Below, piece by piece: positions 57,667 to 64,000 of a DNA stretch of 64,000 nucleotides (position 1 is the stretch's first letter; each line of letters opens with the position of its first letter). The position numbers were made by a program, and so were the translations under genes. The DNA comes from an uncultured Alphaproteobacteria bacterium (GTDB lineage Bacteria > Pseudomonadota > Alphaproteobacteria > Rs-D84): assembly GCA_934276735.1 (NCBI GenBank), contig CAKQTG010000002.1, positions 270,638 through 334,637 on the forward strand. Reading direction: 5' to 3'. The notes below the pieces were generated by a model. That model was not told where the DNA came from and ran no database searches. It saw only the letters and a program-made list of their open reading frames with translations.

Positions 57667-59937
57667 ATGAGCAAGAAAAAACTTTTTATCGCAACAGTCT
57701 GTGCAATCGCCACCACTGGCGCGACCGCGGCAACGGTTTCGCGCATTGATGTTACCGGCGCACGCCGCATGGACAGTGAATCTATCCGTATTCTGTCGGA
57801 CGTGAAAATCGGCGACAACGTGGGCGAGGCACGCGCCAACGAAATCGCCAAGAAATTACAGGAAAGCGGATATTTTTCGCGTATCAACGTCCGCATGTCT
57901 GGGAACGTGTTAAAAATTGACGTGACCGAGGCACCGACCGTCAACATGGTCACGGTCGAAGGCAACGATGAAATTTCCACCGACGATTTAAAGAAAGAAA
58001 TTCGCCTGAAGGAACGTGCGTCATACGATGAATCCGTCATCGGTGCTGATACCCAGCGGATGCTGACCATATACCAGCGCAAGGGTTTCTTTGGCACCAA
58101 GATAGAGCCCAAGAAAATCGAACTGGACGACAACCGCGTAAATGTCGTCTATGAAATTACCGAAGGTCACCCGACGTATATTACAAAAATTGAATTTGCC
58201 GGCAACAAACATTTCCGTTCCAGCGTATTGCGCGGTGCAATTCTGTCGCGCGAACACGCGTGGTGGCGTTTTATGACGCAATTTGATGTCTTTGACGAAG
58301 ACCGTATCCAGTATGACCAGCAGTTGTTGCGTCAGTATTATCTGCGCAATGGTTATGCTGATGTCCAGATAACCGACACAACGGGGGTATTCACACCTGA
58401 CCGACAATACTATTCTGTGAAATTCACGATTGACGAAGGGGAAAAATATAAATTCGGCAAACTGGGTGTGGACAATCCGTTCGATGATGTCCCAGACAGC
58501 GAACTGATGGACGCGATGAAAATGTCGCGTGGCGATACATATAACGTGGACAAGGTAGAAGAAACGATTTCTGCCCTGCGTGGGGTTGTTGCCGATCATG
58601 GATATGCGTTTATCAATGTTGAACCAATTCCGACCAAGGATGACGAAAATCGCACAATTGGTATGACGTTCAAGATACACAAGACCAATCGTGTTTATTT
58701 GAATTCTATCAATATCCTGGGCAATGTTCGCACGTTTGACACGGTGATTCAGCAACTGATTCCGATGCGACCGGGCGATCCTTTTTCCCTGCAAACGATT
58801 GAACAGGGTCGCCAGAATTTGATGCGCACCCGCTATTTCAAAGATGTCCAGATGGTCCCGACACGCGTCGCGGATGCGAACATGATGAATTTGGATATCA
58901 AGGTCGAAGAACAGCCGACCGGCGAATTATCCGGTGGTTTTGGTTGGTCAAACATCAACGGTTTTATGGTTGATGCCGGCATTACCGAGAGTAATTTTAT
59001 GGGTCGTGGCCAAACGGTGCAATTGCGCGGATCCATTGCGCAATACCAGAAACAGGCATTGTTCAGTTTTACCGAACCATATCTGTTTGGTCGCGCGCTG
59101 TCTGGTGGATTCGATGTGTCATACACAATGTATAACTATTCATCACTGGGCGGGTTTGGATATGACCGTGATTCATTGACACTGGCGACACGTATGGGGT
59201 GGCGTTTGACCGATAACTGGACCCAGAGTGTGCGCCTGTCCGCATCATTTGACCAGAACTATGACCTGCAACTGGGCAGCCAGTGGCGTAATTCCAACCT
59301 GTATACATTGGGAACATATTTAAAATATTATAACCTGGACACCAATTTCCAACAGAACACGCACACCGGCGTTGTGGCGAATTTGGGCCTGGCGTATACC
59401 GGGTTTGGTGGCACCGAAACATTTATGCGTTACAGTGCGGACATAACCGGTATGGTAAAATTCCTGAATGACCGGTGGCAGTTGCGTTCGTCGCTGGATT
59501 TCGGTTATATCCAGCCACTGGATGGCGATTATGTATCCCGTGTGTATCGTTATTTCTTGGGCGGGGAATCACTGCGCGGGTTTGATATTGCCGGCGTCGG
59601 CAGCCGTAACTGGTATTACCAATCATACTCATTGGGTGGCATGTGGAAATTGAACGGATCAACCCAGTTGAATTTCCCGGTATTTATCCCCGACGAATAC
59701 CAGATAAAAGGATTTGTGTTCGCAGATTACGGTCTGTTGGGCAAACCGCCACGTGATGAATACACATATCTGGGGCGTGACAACTTTATTGACAGCGACC
59801 TGCGCACATCGGTTGGTTTTGGTGTTTATTGGAATACCCCAATGGGTCCGATGAATTTCAGCTGGGGCTGGCCATTGAAACTGAACAAATATGACCAGGA
59901 ACAGCGTTTCTTACTGTCATTTGAAACACAATTTTAA
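57667..59937 (+). CDS. bamA: outer membrane protein assembly factor BamA
   Basis: There is a signal peptide, POTRA repeats and a C-terminal 16-strand barrel ending ...LLSFETQF. A terminator follows at 59938-59965. Confidence 0.85.
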   Translation: MSKKKLFIATVCAIATTGATAATVSRIDVTGARRMDSESIRILSDVKIGDNVGEARANEIAKKLQESGYFSRINVRMSGNVLKIDVTEAPTVNMVTVEGNDEISTDDLKKEIRLKERASYDESVIGADTQRMLTIYQRKGFFGTKIEPKKIELDDNRVNVVYEITEGHPTYITKIEFAGNKHFRSSVLRGAILSREHAWWRFMTQFDVFDEDRIQYDQQLLRQYYLRNGYADVQITDTTGVFTPDRQYYSVKFTIDEGEKYKFGKLGVDNPFDDVPDSELMDAMKMSRGDTYNVDKVEETISALRGVVADHGYAFINVEPIPTKDDENRTIGMTFKIHKTNRVYLNSINILGNVRTFDTVIQQLIPMRPGDPFSLQTIEQGRQNLMRTRYFKDVQMVPTRVADANMMNLDIKVEEQPTGELSGGFGWSNINGFMVDAGITESNFMGRGQTVQLRGSIAQYQKQALFSFTEPYLFGRALSGGFDVSYTMYNYSSLGGFGYDRDSLTLATRMGWRLTDNWTQSVRLSASFDQNYDLQLGSQWRNSNLYTLGTYLKYYNLDTNFQQNTHTGVVANLGLAYTGFGGTETFMRYSADITGMVKFLNDRWQLRSSLDFGYIQPLDGDYVSRVYRYFLGGESLRGFDIAGVGSRNWYYQSYSLGGMWKLNGSTQLNFPVFIPDEYQIKGFVFADYGLLGKPPRDEYTYLGRDNFIDSDLRTSVGFGVYWNTPMGPMNFSWGWPLKLNKYDQEQRFLLSFETQF

Positions 59938-59981
59938 AAACGGGGCATTCGCCCCGTTTTTTATTGTCATAAATAAATCTG

Positions 59982-60770
59982 TTAAAACGCGTATGGTTTT
60001 GCCATAAAATGTTCGCGCGCCTGTTGGACATTTTTGGCCGCGTCGGACGCATTGCGACCATTATCCACCAAATCCAGCGATCCATAATACGCCGTCATCA
60101 TCGGATCATATGCGTTTGTTGTGGAAATCCATTTATCGGTCCCAGAATTAGGCGCGCCGTATTTATCCAAAACATTTTGCCAAAAAGCCAGAATTTTCTT
60201 TTGACGCTGGTTTTCAAATTTGTCCGCCGCCCCTTCCAGTTCGTTCACATCGTTATTATACACAACGCGCCACACGACGTTATCGGTTGCGTTACTGGTA
60301 AAATATACCGTGATTGTTTCGCCTGTATTTTCCCGCACCAGGTGCAATTCCGACGCATACATCAATCCACGATTGCGGGCCAGACTGTTTATACACTTGG
60401 TCAATTCGGCAGGAATAACCGTGCCATTTTGACGACATTCATAATCCAGGTTGTATTTCCAATCCTGGGCAATGGAATAAATTATACTGTGTTCCTTGCG
60501 CGGGGCATACAGACCGCGTGTTTTGAAAAACAGCGTCTGGACATCATCGAATTGCATGCCCAACATAATGCCCGCAATATCAAAATTTGACACCGCCGCC
60601 GGCGTTGCGCCGGTATTCAGCGCGACCGATGACACATTGATATCATCGCCCCCAGAATCGGTAACAACAAAATTTTCAAAATCCATTGGATCGGCATCGC
60701 CCGACGCATCCACGGCAAATGCCGGGGACGTCATGCACAAAATCATAAAAAATCCAAAAATTCGTTTCAT
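59982..60770 (-). CDS. secreted hypothetical protein
   Basis: The start was trimmed to MKRIFGFFMILCMTSPAFA, a signal peptide. Confidence 0.4.
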   Translation of the reverse strand: MKRIFGFFMILCMTSPAFAVDASGDADPMDFENFVVTDSGGDDINVSSVALNTGATPAAVSNFDIAGIMLGMQFDDVQTLFFKTRGLYAPRKEHSIIYSIAQDWKYNLDYECRQNGTVIPAELTKCINSLARNRGLMYASELHLVRENTGETITVYFTSNATDNVVWRVVYNNDVNELEGAADKFENQRQKKILAFWQNVLDKYGAPNSGTDKWISTTNAYDPMMTAYYGSLDLVDNGRNASDAAKNVQQAREHFMAKPYAF

Positions 60771-60789
60771 CTGTCGCCCCAATGTATGG

Positions 60790-61425
60790 TTATTTAAGAA
60801 CAACCTCTTGCACCATGAATTTAAAAAATCCCGCGGGGTCGCCGCCCTCTTCCAAATAACGATGCAGACCGTATTCCAATCTGGTGTCACGGATTCCTGG
60901 TTCATATCTAACCTTTAAGAAAACAGTTCCCGTGGTAACGACCGGCCCGGTTGCCAAATTGTTTGGTGTCTGCCACGTCCGCAATTCATAGTCGGCGCGC
61001 CAATAATCCCCATCGCCCGGACGCGTAATGTCGCCCACAACGGTTGCAGTGCGCATCATGCCCTTGGTCGCCATATTTTGACTTTCGGGCGCAACGTTTG
61101 CCTGCCAATCACGAAATACCGACTGTGATGATGTTCCGGATAACATCTTGTTTGATGTTCCAGTATAATCACCACCAGGCAAAACGCCAAAATATTCGGC
61201 GACATATCGCGTAATCAGCATATCAATCAAACGCGTATCGCCAATTTCAGACAACGTTTCCAATTCGCCGGGCCGTTCGGTTGACAGATTGTTCGGGCGA
61301 AAGAAATACGTATCCACCGTGCGCTTTTCACCGGCATCATATATCGCACCCGTCAAGAATATTGCGCCAAACACCAGCACAAGTAACAGTAACCCAGCAA
61401 AAAACATCAATATCTTTTTCATCAA
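60790..61425 (-). CDS. membrane-anchored hypothetical protein
   Basis: An N-terminal TM helix (MMKKILMFFAGLLLLVLVFGAIFL) is followed by a periplasmic domain. Confidence 0.4.
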   Translation of the reverse strand: MMKKILMFFAGLLLLVLVFGAIFLTGAIYDAGEKRTVDTYFFRPNNLSTERPGELETLSEIGDTRLIDMLITRYVAEYFGVLPGGDYTGTSNKMLSGTSSQSVFRDWQANVAPESQNMATKGMMRTATVVGDITRPGDGDYWRADYELRTWQTPNNLATGPVVTTGTVFLKVRYEPGIRDTRLEYGLHRYLEEGGDPAGFFKFMVQEVVLK

Positions 61426-62117
61426 TTCAATCTGTATGCGTTAAAGTCTGTAATGTAATACCCCAATGTGCGCGGATACGATTTTGTATCGCGTCCCACA
61501 CGCATAAATGCGATAATTTGCATAGATGGTGTCACGTTACCAGAAATCGTTGCCCGCACGCGCCACATACCACCATTGTTTCCAACCGCGCCGACCGGCT
61601 CAATCTGTAATGACGATGTATCCAAATTCAACCGTCCCGACGCGGCGGCAATTTCCTGCCATGTGGGAACGACATCATTTGTAAATCTGTTAAATACGGT
61701 GTCATTTGTCGCACAATATATCGCGCAAACGCCATCGGCGCGCGCGGGCGCGTTTTCAGACATGCATACCTGGCCCCGATCACACGTTTGCCACAGTGCC
61801 TGGTTTTCAGAATCATCGCCAACGGTGAACCAATCACGTGTGAAATTTGCGACAACCGATTCCTGCATTGTGCGTGATGCACTGTATTGCATTGTGCCGT
61901 GCGAATGTCCAACCACCGACCACGTGCCGGTCACACTGTCCACCGATATGATAAACGGGTCAACGGTCGCACTGCGCGATGTCCAAATCAACAGGCCGCA
62001 CACGCATATGATTACAAAGAACAACGCCGACACTAAAATAGACACAGCGCGGGAAACGGCAATGCGCTTTCCCGCTGGAAATGCCGGTGTGTCAAAATTA
62101 CTTGGATAGTCCAACAA
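61422..62117 (-). CDS. membrane-anchored hypothetical protein
   Basis: An N-terminal TM helix is followed by a ~190 aa periplasmic domain. A 4 nt overlap with the downstream gene indicates an operon. Confidence 0.4.
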   Translation of the reverse strand: MLDYPSNFDTPAFPAGKRIAVSRAVSILVSALFFVIICVCGLLIWTSRSATVDPFIISVDSVTGTWSVVGHSHGTMQYSASRTMQESVVANFTRDWFTVGDDSENQALWQTCDRGQVCMSENAPARADGVCAIYCATNDTVFNRFTNDVVPTWQEIAAASGRLNLDTSSLQIEPVGAVGNNGGMWRVRATISGNVTPSMQIIAFMRVGRDTKSYPRTLGYYITDFNAYRLN

Positions 62118-62147
62118 AATCCCCCCACATAAACTTACCGGTGGATT

Positions 62148-62294
62148 TTATGCCTGGAATACCATGATGCAGGCGCACGGACTCAGTTTCAATTCATTGT
62201 TGTCATAACCGACACCAACAGGTTCACGGTCATATACCTGACCACAGCCGGCCAATGCCAACGCAACAAAGAACGCCAGAAATACTTTCTTCAT
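62148..62294 (-). CDS. small lipoprotein (48 aa), below the ORF-track cutoff
   Basis: Translated manually as MKKVFLAFFVALALAGCGQVYDREPVGVGYDNNELKLSPCACIMVFQA, with lipobox LAGC. Confidence 0.35.
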   Translation of the reverse strand: MKKVFLAFFVALALAGCGQVYDREPVGVGYDNNELKLSPCACIMVFQA

Positions 62295-62437
62295 GATTTT
62301 TCCCCACTTTGCTTTCAATTCTTGATTAAAGTATAAGAAAATTCACGCGCCCCGGTCAAGGATAAAAACACAACGTGCGCCCGCACCCGCGCATGATTTT
62401 TATTTCTTGGCGTTTATTGGATTTGATTGTTATAATA

Positions 62438-62785
62438 ATGGGTATGAATTCATATGAATCTGGGTTATTTGCAGAATTTTGGGCGCGCATGTATTTGCGC
62501 ACACATGGATACCGTATTCTGCGGTCGCGATATGTTACCGGACGCAACACGGGACGCGCGGAAATTGATATTATTGCCCGCCATGGTAAAACCATCGTAT
62601 TTATAGAGGTAAAACGTCGCCCAACCATCACTGCTGGCTGGGGTGCAATTACGCATAAACAAAGCATGCGTCTGCGTCGCAGTGCAGAAACATTTTTGAC
62701 GCAAAAATTCCCCGGGGTTGACGCACGTTTTGACGTTATAATCGTGTGTGGCCTGCGCGTGCACCACGCACGCGGCGCAATATAA
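62438..62785 (+). CDS. YraN family (UPF0102) endonuclease-fold protein
   Basis: The sequence GYRILRSRY...GRAEIDIIARHGKTIVFIEVKRR is the UPF0102 signature. Confidence 0.6.
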   Translation: MGMNSYESGLFAEFWARMYLRTHGYRILRSRYVTGRNTGRAEIDIIARHGKTIVFIEVKRRPTITAGWGAITHKQSMRLRRSAETFLTQKFPGVDARFDVIIVCGLRVHHARGAI

Positions 62786-62849
62786 ATACTTGCATTTAGG
62801 AATCACTTCTTGTATAATTTGCCCAGACTTTTGGACAAAAGGAGAAAAC

Positions 62850-62993
62850 ATGAAAAAAGTTATGTTGGCATTGTTTGCCGTTATGACATTGGCCGCCTGC
62901 ACAGGTTCTTACAAATCTGGCAACTGCGAATACGATTTCTTGCTGCACAAAGATATTTCTATCTCTAAAATGATCGGTAGCTGTGGCAAATAA
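62850..62993 (+). CDS. small lipoprotein (47 aa)
   Basis: The RBS is aaaggag. The product starts MKKVMLALFAVMTLAACTG, with lipobox LAAC. A terminator follows at 63003-63028. Confidence 0.4.
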   Translation: MKKVMLALFAVMTLAACTGSYKSGNCEYDFLLHKDISISKMIGSCGK

Positions 62994-63026
62994 TCAAGTA
63001 TAAAAACGGGGCGTCTGCCCCGTTTT

Positions 63027-63287
63027 TTATTTTATCACGGCGGTTTTTATTAACGACACATCATCGCGAATTGTATCCAGTTTTATCTGTAATTGACCGA
63101 TGCCAGTTTCCAATATCGTCGTCCGATTTTCCAGCGTGGTAATACGCGTGTCGGCGCGTTGAATGTCCGCCAATGACGAATCCTGGCGTGCAACCCAATA
63201 AATCAAGCCGCCGATAAACGCGATTAAAAACCAACTGTCGCGCAGGGTCGCGATAATACCGCCCAGGGCATTTGATTCCTGTTTCAT
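63027..63287 (-). CDS. small TM and coiled-coil protein (phage-like)
   Basis: An N-terminal TM helix is followed by a coiled coil (ITTLENRTTILETGIGQLQIKLDT). Confidence 0.3.
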   Translation of the reverse strand: MKQESNALGGIIATLRDSWFLIAFIGGLIYWVARQDSSLADIQRADTRITTLENRTTILETGIGQLQIKLDTIRDDVSLIKTAVIK

Positions 63288-63478
63288 TTTCGCCCCCGTG
63301 ATATCATATTTTCAATCAAATGCACCAACGCACGCTGGGATTCCAGGCTGCGCAATTCGGCGTCCGACGCATTTGGCCCCAAGACACGTTCAATCGTCAT
63401 TTTTCGCAGATGTTGTAATACTGCCGCACCGGCGGCGGTTGAAAATGCGCGTGCGTAATTTTGTTCTGTTTCGTTCAT
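63284..63478 (-). CDS. small hypothetical protein
   Basis: The 64 aa ORF is coupled to neighbours by 4 nt overlaps. Confidence 0.3.
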   Translation of the reverse strand: MNETEQNYARAFSTAAGAAVLQHLRKMTIERVLGPNASDAELRSLESQRALVHLIENMISRGRK

Positions 63479-63492
63479 AGTTTCCCCCGTTG

Positions 63493-63999
63493 TTAAATCA
63501 AGTTTTCAGACACAGCCATTTGTGCGATTGGCGCAATGTATTTCAATTCTGCGTCACTGTTCAGCGCGATTGGCGCAATAACCCCACGGCGCGATAAAAT
63601 CTGTAATCCCCGGTCGGTCAATGGCCGAATAAATTCATGCAGCAATCGCCCGTATGTCGCCCCCAGAATTCTAACCATATCAGAATTACGTGCCATGATT
63701 TCGGTCGCGGTCATTTCTTTTTCAGACAGCAACCCCAATCGGTCGGCCAACAACGCGTGGCGAATCCGTTCGCGCAGGTCTTTTAATATTATTTGCGATA
63801 CATCAAAATCTGCGCCCGACGACAGCGGCGTCAGCCCTGATGACCCAACGGCCTTGGGGATAATTGCCCCCGGCGTCAGGTTTATATTGTTCAGATTTAT
63901 GACGCCATCATCGTCGGCCTGCCATATCCCAGACACGGCAATCGTTGCGTTTTTCAGCACCAGTTCAACAACCTTGTTCGCAGTTTTAATATCTGGCAA
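63493..63999 (-). CDS. hypothetical protein, possibly phage structural, 5' end beyond or near the window edge
   Basis: The ORF reaches the window end and has no recognisable motif. Confidence 0.3.
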   Translation of the reverse strand: MPDIKTANKVVELVLKNATIAVSGIWQADDDGVINLNNINLTPGAIIPKAVGSSGLTPLSSGADFDVSQIILKDLRERIRHALLADRLGLLSEKEMTATEIMARNSDMVRILGATYGRLLHEFIRPLTDRGLQILSRRGVIAPIALNSDAELKYIAPIAQMAVSENLI

Positions 64000-64000
64000 T

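Overview
The window is a 64 kb stretch of a proteobacterial chromosome whose lineage I cannot assign from sequence alone. The backbone is moderate GC and carries housekeeping genes: an M23 peptidase, secG, rnc, lepB, yifB/comM, an MsbA-like ABC transporter, a class A PBP, ligA, fabI, tcdA, tatD, a P-type ATPase, ackA, rph, an RNase E/G-family ribonuclease, recG, and the frr-uppS-cdsA-rseP-bamA block. The backbone is interrupted by a visibly AT-rich accessory region at about 16.4-28.7 kb, centred on a tRNA-Asn(GTT) gene. Upstream of the tRNA lies a three-gene candidate Type IIS-like restriction-modification operon with two beta-class methyltransferases and a 410 aa protein. Downstream lies an 8.6 kb island with no integrase, bounded by a 47 bp direct repeat of the tRNA 3' half. 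The island carries a tightly coupled operon of two different TIR-domain proteins (one DUF1863/ThsB-like, one canonical TIR) plus an unrecognisable 176 aa protein, a small multi-TM protein, several small basic ORFs, and a four-gene DpnII-like RM operon (Dam-like methylase, DpnA-like methylase, endonuclease) ending in an AIPR abortive-infection gene. The TIR operon looks like a Thoeris-like defence system that lacks a canonical ThsA (SIR2/Macro/SLOG) effector, and it is the best candidate for an undescribed system here. Other points of interest: an HNH-fused 399 aa protein driven by a near-consensus promoter beside tRNA-Lys and duplicated tRNA-end/terminator units; an IVS-type four-helix-bundle gene cassette flanked by iterated-heptamer inverted repeats; a related nested-palindrome composite element between the ribonuclease gene and recG; tRNA-His fragments in a structured spacer; a 795 aa coiled-coil protein; a BspA-type LRR surface protein; an orphan phage-tail-fibre-like protein; and a short phage-like cluster at the right edge. 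No CRISPR array, transposase or integrase was seen.
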